A stretch of DNA of 35,506 nt, taken from positions 74,079-109,584 of the forward strand of contig JBBTRA010000005.1 of assembly GCA_038065415.1 (NCBI GenBank), given 5' to 3'. Below are positions 1-8,645 of the stretch, one piece after another. Numbering within the stretch: the first letter of the stretch is position 1; each line of letters opens with the position of its first letter. Under the pieces are notes generated by a model, which saw only the letters and a list, made by a program, of their open reading frames with translations, was not told where the DNA came from and made no database searches. Position numbers and translations under genes: made by a program. Source of the DNA: Patescibacteria group bacterium (GTDB lineage Bacteria > Patescibacteriota > Minisyncoccia > Phycocordibacterales > PALSA-1337).

Positions 1-14
1 GAGCGCTAGAATAA

Positions 15-434
15 TTAATTTTTGAATGCCAACGCTGGTCGTATTGGGGCAATGCGGCGGACACCTCTCCTGAGAGAGTTTGTCAGGAGGAAGAGTGCGC
101 CAACTGAGATGGTAGCACCCATGATGGGAGCAGACTCCAGTATGGAGATTCCCAGCTCTTTCCAGCTTGAGATGAGAAGTGATCCATCAGAAGCAAGGAG
201 CGAGACATACTCATAAAAACCCGACTGACTCGCCTCCGCACCGGCATATTGCAGGGCAGGAACGAAGACCACGATAGATCCAATAATGACTGCTCCGTGC
301 ACAGCGATATGCACGCGATTCCTGATGGTGCGCGCATGTTGTATGCGCATGCTGATGCGCATGGCGAGATCTCGAGGAGGCTCGGATGCCTCTAGTCGGA
401 TGATGATCTGTTTGTATGAATCAGGGCTGGTCAT
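15..434 (-). CDS. Membrane protein, putative anti-sigma factor partner of the upstream ECF sigma
   Basis: 139 aa, with an N-terminal 'PPRDLAMRISMRI' segment and two hydrophobic helices. Starts 15 nt after the ECF sigma stop, on the same strand. Confidence 0.65.
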   Translation of the reverse strand: MTSPDSYKQIIIRLEASEPPRDLAMRISMRIQHARTIRNRVHIAVHGAVIIGSIVVFVPALQYAGAEASQSGFYEYVSLLASDGSLLISSWKELGISILESAPIMGATISVGALFLLTNSLRRGVRRIAPIRPALAFKN

Positions 435-449
435 GTCATATATACGATG

Positions 450-1016
450 TTAGGCCGTATTTTGGTGCAGTAGGTTGCGTATCTTGATCAGTGCGCGACG
501 ATGCCAACTTTTGACGGTATTCATGGGTTTTCCGAGTACATCGGATATCTCCTCGAACGTGAGGCTCTCGCGATAGTGAAGAATGAGTACTGAGCGATGG
601 TCCGGATGAAGTATCTCCATCAGTTCGGTAAGTTGTGCAGAGAGCTCTTCACGTTCGAATAGTTCTGGCTGAAGAGGCTCAGTATCTTCGAGTGTCTCGG
701 CGAAAGAGATATCTGTCTCATCGCCGTCAAGAGTAGAGAACGCATGAACTTTTCGCTTCTTGAGAAAGTCGAGTGCAGTATTACGGGCGATAGCGAAGAT
801 CCACGGCTTGAATGGTTTCCCCTTGGCGTGTCTCTTGATGTGTTTCCATGCTTTATAGAAAGCGTCCTGAGAAATATCTTCAGCATCTTCTGGGTTGCGC
901 GTGTAGTGTAGAGCGAAGCGATATATTGGTGCGACATATCTGTGCACCAATTCTTCGAATGCAGTATCGTCGCCCGTCTTGCTGAGTTCCGCAAGTTGTT
1001 CATCAGATATATCCAT
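450..1016 (-). CDS. ECF-family RNA polymerase sigma-70 factor (SigW/RpoE-like)
   Basis: Region 2 motifs 'AFEELVHRY', 'AEDISQDAF' and 'FKPWIFAIARN'; region 4 'LTFEEISDVLGKPMNTVKSWHRRA'. Confidence 0.95.
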   Translation of the reverse strand: MDISDEQLAELSKTGDDTAFEELVHRYVAPIYRFALHYTRNPEDAEDISQDAFYKAWKHIKRHAKGKPFKPWIFAIARNTALDFLKKRKVHAFSTLDGDETDISFAETLEDTEPLQPELFEREELSAQLTELMEILHPDHRSVLILHYRESLTFEEISDVLGKPMNTVKSWHRRALIKIRNLLHQNTA

Positions 1017-1183
1017 GGGGGCATCATATCATTAAAAAATGTTATCCTCCTCCGAGGATTGCTCCGTGATGACGCATCACGGGTTATACACAGTTTTGCA
1101 AAAAAACGCTCGCATTCGTGCGCACATGCTCTATAATAGATGATGGTCGAGCATTGGCAGTAGTAATTTAGCTCACTCCTATC

Positions 1184-1270
1184 ATGGCAACAAAGAAAAA
1201 GAGAAAGGTCGCGAAGAAGACGACCAAGAAAGCTTCGAAGAAGAAAAAGTCTTCAAAGAAGCGAAGGTAG
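1184..1270 (+). CDS. Ultra-basic 28-aa peptide MATKKKRKVAKKTTKKASKKKKSSKKRR (histone-H1/protamine-like composition)
   Basis: Hand translation, ATG 1184 to TAG 1270. Upstream TATAAT at 1132-1137; followed directly by a terminator hairpin. Confidence 0.7.
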   Translation: MATKKKRKVAKKTTKKASKKKKSSKKRR

Positions 1271-1276
1271 TTCTCG

Positions 1277-1311
1277 GAAAATGTGCGCTTCACAGTGCAC
1301 ATTTTCTTTTT
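1277..1311 (+). terminator. Intrinsic terminator after the 28-aa basic peptide
   Basis: GAAAATGTGCGCT-tcac-AGTGCACATTTTC, a 13-bp stem with one G-U pair, followed by TTTTT. Confidence 0.8.
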
Positions 1312-1347
1312 GAATAATCGCGGAACCCGTGCTATACTATTTTCATC

Positions 1348-1458
1348 ATGGCAAAAAGAGCATCAGTACAGAAAAAGGCATCGCGTTCACGCAAGACCAA
1401 GAAGCGTGTTCTCGCAAAGCGCGCTCGCCTCGCGCACAAGCATACCAAGAAGCGCTAA
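1348..1458 (+). CDS. Ultra-basic 36-aa peptide MAKRASVQKKASRSRKTKKRVLAKRARLAHKHTKKR
   Basis: Hand translation, ATG 1348 to TAA 1458. Extended -10 TGcTATACT at 1330-1338 just upstream; terminator at 1484. Confidence 0.7.
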   Translation: MAKRASVQKKASRSRKTKKRVLAKRARLAHKHTKKR

Positions 1459-1483
1459 CGCCTCTTGCATGCTTCGCGTTTGA

Positions 1484-1509
1484 AAAACACCCGGTATACC
1501 GGGTGTTTT
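1484..1509. terminator. Bidirectional terminator (perfect 26-bp palindrome)
   Basis: AAAACACCCGGTATACCGGGTGTTTT between convergent small ORFs. Confidence 0.85.
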
Positions 1510-1511
1510 CG

Positions 1512-1679
1512 TTACCAGCTGGCGAGTTTGAAGCCTATATATATTCCTAGAACACCGCCGATCATGCTGCCGACGATCCCCGATAGAGAGAAGGCTCCAG
1601 CTCCCCACAGCGCTGGTACCCAGCCACCGATGGCCGATCCTACCACTACGCCGATCCAAATGAGGTGACGTGGATTCAT
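1512..1679 (-). CDS. Small Gly-rich membrane protein, 55 aa (MNPRHLIWIGVVVGSAIGGWVPALWGAGAFSLSGIVGSMIGGVLGIYIGFKLASW)
   Basis: Hand translation; two GxxxG-rich hydrophobic helices. TGgTACAAT lies 6 nt before the ATG, and the ORF ends at the palindromic terminator. Confidence 0.8.
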   Translation of the reverse strand: MNPRHLIWIGVVVGSAIGGWVPALWGAGAFSLSGIVGSMIGGVLGIYIGFKLASW

Positions 1680-1731
1680 ACATGTATTGTACCACTGCGC
1701 GTGATAAAACGCTGGGTGCTATACTAGAGTC

Positions 1732-2277
1732 ATGAATGGTGTTAAAACTAATGTCGCTGTATTTGCAAACGGATGCTTCTGGTGCACCGAGGCAGTGTTC
1801 TCTTCGCTCAAAGGCGTTTCTTCCGTGAAGTCAGGATATGCTGGTGGACATATCACTGATCCTACCTATGACCAGGTCTCGAACGGAGACACTGGTCATG
1901 CGGAAGCTATCAGGATCGAGTATGATCCAGCCACCATCACCTATGATGATCTACTTGCGGTGTTTTTCAATACGCACGATCCGACAACTCTGAATAGGCA
2001 AGGGAGTGATGTTGGTACGCAGTATCGCTCAGCGATCTTCTATACAGATGATGAGCAGAAGATAAAAGCGGAAGCACTTGTGAAAGAGTTGAATGATACG
2101 CAAGCGTACGACAAGCCAGTTGTCACCGAGGTTCATAAGCTAGAAAAATTCTATGAAGCAGAAGGATATCATCAGGAGTATTATAAGACTCATTTAGATC
2201 AGCCCTATTGCCAGCTCGTGATCGCGCCGAAGTTGGAGAAATTGGAAAAGAGGTTTGGGGAATTGTTGAAAGGGTGA
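1732..2277 (+). CDS. msrA: Peptide-methionine (S)-S-oxide reductase
   Basis: GCFWC active site; 'GHAEAI', 'RQGSDVGTQYRSAIF' and 'AEGYHQEYY'. Confidence 0.98.
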   Translation: MNGVKTNVAVFANGCFWCTEAVFSSLKGVSSVKSGYAGGHITDPTYDQVSNGDTGHAEAIRIEYDPATITYDDLLAVFFNTHDPTTLNRQGSDVGTQYRSAIFYTDDEQKIKAEALVKELNDTQAYDKPVVTEVHKLEKFYEAEGYHQEYYKTHLDQPYCQLVIAPKLEKLEKRFGELLKG

Positions 2278-2297
2278 TATTTGAATAACAGAAACAC

Positions 2298-2675
2298 ATG
2301 AACGAAGAAGAACTCAAAAAGAAACTGACTCCCGAGGAATATCATGTGCTTCGCGAAAAGGGCACCGAGGCTCCTTTTTCTGGAAAGCTCCTACATGATG
2401 ATCGCTCAGGTATGTATATCTGTAAGGTGTGTGGCTCACCATTATTCTCATCGGATGCGAAGTTCGACTCGGGTACTGGTTGGCCATCGTTCGATCAGGC
2501 CTTGCCAGGTTCAGTGAAAGAAGTTGCGGACGATTCGATGGGTTCGCGTCGCACAGAGATCGTCTGCGCGAAATGTGGTTCGCACCTCGGGCACGTGTTC
2601 GATGATGGTCCGACTGAAACAGGTAAGAGGTATTGCCTCAACTCGGTGTGCTTGGATCTTGAGGAGAGTAAATAA
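2298..2675 (+). CDS. msrB: Peptide-methionine (R)-S-oxide reductase
   Basis: Two CxxC Zn motifs; 'KFDSGTGWPSF', 'HLGHVFDDGP' and 'RYCLNS'. Confidence 0.98.
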   Translation: MNEEELKKKLTPEEYHVLREKGTEAPFSGKLLHDDRSGMYICKVCGSPLFSSDAKFDSGTGWPSFDQALPGSVKEVADDSMGSRRTEIVCAKCGSHLGHVFDDGPTETGKRYCLNSVCLDLEESK

Positions 2676-2699
2676 GAGTATTCATAACCTATACAAACC

Positions 2700-3098
2700 A
2701 TGTCACCAACCTATTCTTGGTACGCAACGCTCATCAAGCCCTCATTCGCTCCGCCTTCATGGATATTTGGTCCTGTATGGACTGTGTTGTATGTGATCAT
2801 AGCCATCACTTTCCTCCGCGTTTTCTATTTGGCGGCAACGCACAAAATCGCTGGTATCGTTGCGCTTCCATTCGCCCTCAATCTCATATTCAATTTTGCA
2901 TTCACGCCGCTCCAATTTGGATTGCAGAATAACTATCTCGCGGCTGTCGATATTGTTCTTGTGTTCGCGACAATCATCTGGATGATGGTCGCTATCTGGC
3001 CCTATTCTCGTGGACTCGCATATGCACAGATTCCATATTTACTCTGGGTGACATTTGCGATGGTGTTACAACTTACTGTCACTTGGTTGAATAGATAA
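2700..3098 (+). CDS. tspO: TspO/MBR family tryptophan-rich sensory protein
   Basis: 'WYATLIKPSFAPPSWIFGPVWTVLY' and 'PYLLWVTFA' signatures. Confidence 0.92.
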   Translation: MSPTYSWYATLIKPSFAPPSWIFGPVWTVLYVIIAITFLRVFYLAATHKIAGIVALPFALNLIFNFAFTPLQFGLQNNYLAAVDIVLVFATIIWMMVAIWPYSRGLAYAQIPYLLWVTFAMVLQLTVTWLNR

Positions 3099-3101
3099 AT
3101 A

Positions 3102-3126
3102 AAAAGTGCCCGCGAGGGGCACTTTT
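3102..3126. terminator. Bidirectional terminator between tspO and aspS
   Basis: AAAAGTGCCC-gcgag-GGGCACTTTT. Confidence 0.8.
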
Positions 3127-3137
3127 CACTGTGGAGA

Positions 3138-4553
3138 TTACTTCTTCTTCCTGATGTCGATACCAAGCTCTTTCCACTGTCTCTCGGAAATCTCGCTCGG
3201 AGCATCCATCATGAGGTCGCGACCTTCTCCGGTCTTTGCAAAAGCGATGGTCTCACGGATGGATGCGCTTCCAGTGAGCAATGCAACGAGACGATCAAGT
3301 CCCCAGGCGATGCCGCCGTGCGGAGGAGTTCCTGATCCAAGTGCACGGAGCATGTGTCCAAAGTTAGCCTCAATAGTCTCTGTGGGATAGCCCATAATCT
3401 CGAAGACTTTTTTGAGTGCCTCTGGGTTATGGTTGCGGATACTGCCACCACCGATCTCAAAGCCGTTGAGTGCCACGTCATACTGTGTGGTGAGGATGTC
3501 GCCAACGTTCTCCTTGTTCATGAGCATTTCCATATGTTCTGGCTTTGGAGCTGAAAAAGGATTGTGTGTGAATGTCCAACCACCTTCTTCAGTCTTCTCA
3601 AAGAAAGGAAAATCAATCACCCAACAGAAGGCGAGCAAATTTGGATCATTCTTGTCAGTACGGATATCAGGACGATCATTTCCATACTTTTCCATCGCTT
3701 CTTTGTAGGTGATGCGCGGGAATGGGACAGCCTGAATTTTCTTTTCAGGGAAAAGTGTGGTGACGATCTCGATGAGCATGGCTTCATTGACGGCCATGAC
3801 ATCCTCGCGTTCGACGAAGCTCATCTCGAGGTCCATCTGGGTGAACTCTGGCTGACGGTCCGAGCGAGTATCTTCATCACGGAAGCAACGGGCGATTTGG
3901 AAATATTTCTCGAAACCTGAGGTCATGAGAAGCTGTTTGTACTGCTGAGGAGACTGGGGGAGCGCGTAGAATTTGCCTTGTTCGAGTCGGGACGGAACTA
4001 CATAGTCGCGCGCACCTTCGGGTGTAGATTTTGTCAGTATTGGTGTTTCGATCTCAATGAAACCTTCTTTGTCCAAGAAATCACGAACATGTTTGATGAT
4101 TTTGTGACGGGTACGGATAGTTTGTTGCATTCTCGGGCGGCGCAGGTCGAGATAGCGGTATTTGAGGCGTGCTTCTTCACCGATTTCCATACCATCACTG
4201 CGTACGTCGATAGCAGGGGTCTCTGCTTCGTTGAGAACCTCAAGCTTCTTGAGTTCGATCTCGATGTCTCCGTTCGGTTCAATCTCGCCAGTCTCCTTAT
4301 TTTTGGAAATCATCCTCTCGGGACGTTTGTTGACGATACCGGTCACGCGGACTACCCACTCAGGGCGGACTGTGCCTGCTACTGCGTGTGCCTCGGCATT
4401 GTTCGGAAGGGCGACGGACTGTACCTTGCCGGTCATGTCGCGGAAATCGATGAAGATGAGTTTGCCGTGATCGCGGCGAATGTCTACCCAGCCAGAAATA
4501 GAGACTTCTGAGCCGACATGGTTCTTGAGATCACGGATATAGATGCGGGGCAT
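3138..4553 (-). CDS. aspS: Aspartate--tRNA ligase, short form lacking the GAD insertion, probably non-discriminating Asp/Asn type
   Basis: OB fold 'RRDHGKLIFIDFRD'; 'YRYLDLRR' and 'LPQSPQQYKQLLM'; motif 2 'FRDED..DRQPEFTQ'; motif 3 'PPHGGIAWGLDR'; 471 aa. Confidence 0.97.
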   Translation of the reverse strand: MPRIYIRDLKNHVGSEVSISGWVDIRRDHGKLIFIDFRDMTGKVQSVALPNNAEAHAVAGTVRPEWVVRVTGIVNKRPERMISKNKETGEIEPNGDIEIELKKLEVLNEAETPAIDVRSDGMEIGEEARLKYRYLDLRRPRMQQTIRTRHKIIKHVRDFLDKEGFIEIETPILTKSTPEGARDYVVPSRLEQGKFYALPQSPQQYKQLLMTSGFEKYFQIARCFRDEDTRSDRQPEFTQMDLEMSFVEREDVMAVNEAMLIEIVTTLFPEKKIQAVPFPRITYKEAMEKYGNDRPDIRTDKNDPNLLAFCWVIDFPFFEKTEEGGWTFTHNPFSAPKPEHMEMLMNKENVGDILTTQYDVALNGFEIGGGSIRNHNPEALKKVFEIMGYPTETIEANFGHMLRALGSGTPPHGGIAWGLDRLVALLTGSASIRETIAFAKTGEGRDLMMDAPSEISERQWKELGIDIRKKK

Positions 4554-4638
4554 GGCTCCTAATATAGCATGGAAATAGGAGTTTTGGGAGAGATGACGCC
4601 CTAGGGATTATTACCGTCGAATATGATAGATTGTATTC

Positions 4639-5115
4639 ATGAAAATCAAACATATAGGCTGGTTCCTGGTTGCTTTGGTGGTCATTGTGGTGGTGGCTGT
4701 TTTTGTGTCGCAGAAATGGGCACATGCCCCTATCGATCTGGCCACCGCACGACCTGTCGCGTATTCAGGTGGCGCTACTGTAGATATGATCGAAGTGACT
4801 ACACCGTTGCCTGGGACGGCTATATCGTCTCCGCTCGTCATCTCTGGATTTGCCCGTGGCCCCTGGTACTTTGAAGCGAGCTTCCCGGTGACTCTCACTG
4901 ATGGTGATGGTCTCATCATTGCAGAGGGACCCGCTCAAGCACAGGGGGAATGGATGACCACAGATCGTGTGCCGTTCACTATATCTCTCAATTTTGCTGT
5001 ACCCGCCAACGCTGATGCGTTTGGACGCCGCGGCACTCTCATTCTCAAGAATGACAATCCTTCAGGAGATCCGGCGCGGGACATGGCTGTAGAGATACCT
5101 GTCCTGTTCAAGTAG
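4639..5115 (+). CDS. Gmad2-like immunoglobulin-domain membrane-anchored protein
   Basis: N-terminal TM; 'ISSPLVISGFARGPWYFEASFPV', 'WMTTDRVPF' and 'NDNPSG'. Confidence 0.85.
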   Translation: MKIKHIGWFLVALVVIVVVAVFVSQKWAHAPIDLATARPVAYSGGATVDMIEVTTPLPGTAISSPLVISGFARGPWYFEASFPVTLTDGDGLIIAEGPAQAQGEWMTTDRVPFTISLNFAVPANADAFGRRGTLILKNDNPSGDPARDMAVEIPVLFK

Positions 5116-5121
5116 TGTGCC

Positions 5122-5856
5122 ATGGACGCGGTTTCTGTGAAAAAGGTGCTGCAATCACAGGGCGATCCCCTCAAAGCCGTTGGCGCTCTGAGTTTCTTCA
5201 AGACAGGGAAGGGTCAGTATGGAGAAGGGGATCGATTCTTCGGTATTACGGTGCCCACACAACGGAAGACTGCTCGTCGATTTGTTAGTATTCCTCTCGA
5301 TGAAGTTGAGAAACTGCTCAAGGATGGTATTCATGAATGCCGATTCACTGCTCTTGAAATCTTGGTTATGAAGTTCGAAGCTGCTGCAAAGGTGGGGAAC
5401 AAGGCAGAATGTACTCGTCTCGCCAAGTTCTATCTATCTCATGCAAAGCATGCTAACAATTGGGATCTAGTTGATACATCTGCTCCCTATATTCTCGGGC
5501 GGTATCTATTTGAATATGTGAAGGATCGAACCGTGCTGTATCGCTTGGCAAAATCGAAAAACCTCTGGGAGCGGCGCATAGCGATCGTCTCGACGTACTA
5601 TTTTATCGGCGAAAAAGATTTCAAAGATACGATACGCATCGCCGAGATTTTGCTCGATGATGATCATGACCTGATCCATAAGGCGACTGGTTGGATGCTC
5701 CGCGAAATGGGAAAGAGGGATGAACAGTTGTTGGTGTCATTCTTGGAAAAGCACGCCGCCACTATGCCGCGCACGATGCTCCGCTATGCCATCGAACGCT
5801 TTGCCAAAAAAGAGAGGGTGTATTACTTGGCGCTGAAGGCCTCAGCAGGTCAGTAG
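5122..5856 (+). CDS. DNA alkylation repair protein (AlkD-like HEAT-repeat family)
   Basis: 'FFKTGKGQYGEGDRFFG', 'NNWDLVD', 'LWERRIA', 'HKATGWMLREMGK' and 'MPRTMLRYAIE'. Confidence 0.92.
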   Translation: MDAVSVKKVLQSQGDPLKAVGALSFFKTGKGQYGEGDRFFGITVPTQRKTARRFVSIPLDEVEKLLKDGIHECRFTALEILVMKFEAAAKVGNKAECTRLAKFYLSHAKHANNWDLVDTSAPYILGRYLFEYVKDRTVLYRLAKSKNLWERRIAIVSTYYFIGEKDFKDTIRIAEILLDDDHDLIHKATGWMLREMGKRDEQLLVSFLEKHAATMPRTMLRYAIERFAKKERVYYLALKASAGQ

Positions 5857-5885
5857 GCATATTTCATGCTACTATAAATTCCACT

Positions 5886-6908
5886 ATGAACGACACCACA
5901 CCACGTATTAGAGAAAAAGCCCCGCTCATCCTCGCTGAAATACAGAAGGCGAAATCCATTCTTCTGCACTGCCATCCGTCGCCGGACCCAGACTCTGTCG
6001 GTTCTGCGCTTGCTATGAAGCTCGCCCTTCTCGGCATGGGCAAGAAAGCGACCGTCATCAAAGGAGATTCCGAGATCCCGCATGCATTCATGCATTTTCC
6101 GGGGGCAACAGAGATCGTCAGTAAGAGCTTTTTTGATATTGACCCGACTGACTTTGACCTCTTCATCGTTCTTGATAGTGGCTCACTGCAGATGGTCTCT
6201 CGCCTCAGGGAAACGGGTATTGCTGACGTACTGCCCATGATTGTAATCGATCACCATCCTACGAATGAGCAATTTGGCATGGTCAACTTGGTCGAAGACT
6301 CGTACCCATCGTGCACACAGGTGATCTATGATCTCTTCCGGGAATGGAATGTTGAGATCACTGCCGATATTGCGCGAAACCTTTTTATTGGAACCTACAC
6401 AGATACGGGAGGCTTCAAATATGGTAAGACTACAGCAAAGACTCTAAGTATGGCTGCTGATCTAGCACGAATCGCTCCAGATTTTACTGGAGTAATCTCG
6501 GACATGGAGAATACCAATACACCCACTTCTATCGCGCTCCAGGGATTAGCATTCAGTTCCATAGAAGTTTTTCTCAACGGACATCTCGCCATATCTCTGG
6601 TTACTCATCAAGCTTTGGTTGCGCGGGGCATCGATCCTAAAGATATAAGTATGGGCACGGGCTCTATCTCTGGTGCACTTCGCAGTGTTATTGGGTGGGA
6701 TGTAAGTATCGCATTGATCGAGAGCGAGGCTGGCAAGGTAAAAGCCAGCTTCCGTACTCGCGATGCGGAGAAGTTCGATGTTTCAAAGCTCGCAGTATGC
6801 TTTGGTGGCGGGGGGCATCGTGCTGCAGCTGGAGCAACTCTGGTTATGCCATTCGATGAGGCCAAACAAAAAGTTGTCGCCAAAGCTAAAGAGCTTTATA
6901 ATCTTTGA
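5886..6908 (+). CDS. nrnA: DHH/DHHA1 phosphoesterase (nanoRNase/pAp phosphatase NrnA-like)
   Basis: 'HPSPDPDSVGS', 'IDHH', 'YTDTGGF' and 'GGGGHRAAAG'. Confidence 0.92.
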   Translation: MNDTTPRIREKAPLILAEIQKAKSILLHCHPSPDPDSVGSALAMKLALLGMGKKATVIKGDSEIPHAFMHFPGATEIVSKSFFDIDPTDFDLFIVLDSGSLQMVSRLRETGIADVLPMIVIDHHPTNEQFGMVNLVEDSYPSCTQVIYDLFREWNVEITADIARNLFIGTYTDTGGFKYGKTTAKTLSMAADLARIAPDFTGVISDMENTNTPTSIALQGLAFSSIEVFLNGHLAISLVTHQALVARGIDPKDISMGTGSISGALRSVIGWDVSIALIESEAGKVKASFRTRDAEKFDVSKLAVCFGGGGHRAAAGATLVMPFDEAKQKVVAKAKELYNL

Positions 6909-6927
6909 GTAAAAATCTTTTATCATC

Positions 6928-7656
6928 ATGGAAAACACAGAACAACCAAAAAAATTCCCTTGGCTTGTGACGATTGTCATCGTAATCATTGTTCTTGCGG
7001 GGCTACAATGGTGGCAGACTCGCCCAGATGATGCGTCTACTGCACCGGAGAGTAGAGCTGATGCATATTCGACGAGTACAGATGTCTCGGTCCCATTGGG
7101 CAACCCGGAGCCGCAGACAACCACAGGTCAACAGTCTCAAACACCTTCTACAAATAATCAGACAAAAAATCTCATGCATACCGTAACTATAGAAACCACC
7201 AAAGGAACCATTGTATTCGAGACCTACGATGCAGATGCGCCAAAAGCTGCTGAAAATTTTGTGAAGCTGGCACAGCAAGGATATTACGATGGAATCATTT
7301 TCCATCGTGTAATTGAAGGCTTCATGATTCAAGGCGGCGATCCAACGGGTACTGGCATGGGAGGAAAATCGTTTGAAGGTGGTAAATTTGCAGATGAACT
7401 GAACCCAGCTACAGAATCATACAAGGCGGGCTATGCGCGTGGTACAGTGGCTATGGCAAATGCCGGACCGAATACCAATGGCAGTCAATTTTTCATCATG
7501 CACAAGACCGTTCCTCTCGACCATAACTACACGATCTTTGGTAGGGTAGTGAAGGGTTTGGAGGTCGTTGATGCTATTGCAACAACACCGGTCGGACCTG
7601 GTGATAGGCCGATTTCTGAGGTGGTCATGAAGAAAGTCACTGTCACTCCTAAATAA
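6928..7656 (+). CDS. Cyclophilin-type peptidyl-prolyl isomerase with N-terminal TM anchor and S/T/Q-rich linker
   Basis: 'FHRVIEGFMIQGGDPTGTG' and 'AMANAGPNTNGSQFFI'; N-terminal hydrophobic helix. Confidence 0.95.
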   Translation: MENTEQPKKFPWLVTIVIVIIVLAGLQWWQTRPDDASTAPESRADAYSTSTDVSVPLGNPEPQTTTGQQSQTPSTNNQTKNLMHTVTIETTKGTIVFETYDADAPKAAENFVKLAQQGYYDGIIFHRVIEGFMIQGGDPTGTGMGGKSFEGGKFADELNPATESYKAGYARGTVAMANAGPNTNGSQFFIMHKTVPLDHNYTIFGRVVKGLEVVDAIATTPVGPGDRPISEVVMKKVTVTPK

Positions 7657-7672
7657 GGATAAATTACGGAGG

Positions 7673-7700
7673 AAAAAAGCAAGGTAAGCCTTGCTTTTTT
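7673..7700 (+). terminator. Intrinsic terminator after the cyclophilin
   Basis: AAAAAAGCAAGG-taag-CCTTGCTTTTTT. Confidence 0.85.
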
Positions 7701-7755
7701 GATGTATCTATGGTTTAATATATATGAATTTGAACCATCAAAATAAGGAGTTTGT

Positions 7756-8187
7756 ATGAAAAAAAGATCTCAGGGTCCCTGGTTTTTTGTAAAGCCGGGT
7801 GATTCATTGTCCAATCAACGATTGGTCGAACTGCTGGGGCAGGATGTCTCGACAAGTGAGCAGCGGGATCAGTCCTGTGTAGGACGTGAACCTCAGGACG
7901 GCTACGAAGTATCGCAAGAGAAACTGGCGCTCGCATTTAGTTGTGCGCGACGATCTTCCGGTGATCTCAATTTTCAGTACTTCGTCCGTATCGATGGTGC
8001 ACTGAAACCGCTCAAAGTAGATCCGACAGCGGATCTAGGAACGGTCCAGTCCATCGCACATATCGTCAGTGGCATGCTGAAGAACATGCATCGGTATCGC
8101 CTCGCTCCCAAACGGAGGAAGCGACTTGTGCGAGGAGCCTTCCCCAAGAATGCTCTGAGCTCTTCAGAAGAAAGGAGGAGTACATGA
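7756..8187 (+). CDS. Hypothetical protein (orphan, 143 aa, basic C-terminus)
   Basis: AAGGAG SD-like site before the ATG; stop overlaps the next start (ATGA). No family recognised. Confidence 0.7.
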   Translation: MKKRSQGPWFFVKPGDSLSNQRLVELLGQDVSTSEQRDQSCVGREPQDGYEVSQEKLALAFSCARRSSGDLNFQYFVRIDGALKPLKVDPTADLGTVQSIAHIVSGMLKNMHRYRLAPKRRKRLVRGAFPKNALSSSEERRST

Positions 8188-8606
8188 ACACTATAGGCAA
8201 GAATCCCTTGCTTGTTGGAAGTCTTGCTCGTCTTGCGTGCGTTGTAGTTTCTGTGCCACGGGATCGTAGCTTCCTCCACGAGCTCATCGGAAGCATCAAG
8301 CAAAAAGGCGCCGCGGATGTCGTGATCGTCGATCAGGCAACGGCTGACTCTCTGAAAGGCCTTGGTCCGGAGGAGATAGCGGAAGTCCTGATTCAAAAAA
8401 TCGGCAAGAATGCCGAACCTATCGAGGTCATCGTAGAACAGAAGATCAGTCTCCCCGAGCTTTCAGTCGCACAGCTTGCTCGGAATGACTTCTATGGCGA
8501 TGATGTCCCGCTCAGGTCTGAGCCGTTTTATCGCGGTCTCCGATCCGTCCGTCGTCAACAGCGTATTCCGCGCAAGATCGCCGCAACCCGCACAGCCTCT
8601 CGGTAG
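8184..8606 (+). CDS. Hypothetical protein (orphan, 140 aa)
   Basis: AAGGAGGAG SD; ATGA overlap with the upstream ORF; terminator-like hairpin at 8585-8622. Confidence 0.7.
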   Translation: MNTIGKNPLLVGSLARLACVVVSVPRDRSFLHELIGSIKQKGAADVVIVDQATADSLKGLGPEEIAEVLIQKIGKNAEPIEVIVEQKISLPELSVAQLARNDFYGDDVPLRSEPFYRGLRSVRRQQRIPRKIAATRTASR

Positions 8607-8645
8607 GATGTGCGGTTTTTTATTGGAGGATGCTACACTGTCTTC

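Noticed and set aside
1283-1695. ORF-track entries 1283..1483, 1329..1550, 1387..1695 and 1465..1668
   Set aside because: They cross terminators and are off-frame to the better-supported 36-aa and 55-aa ORFs.
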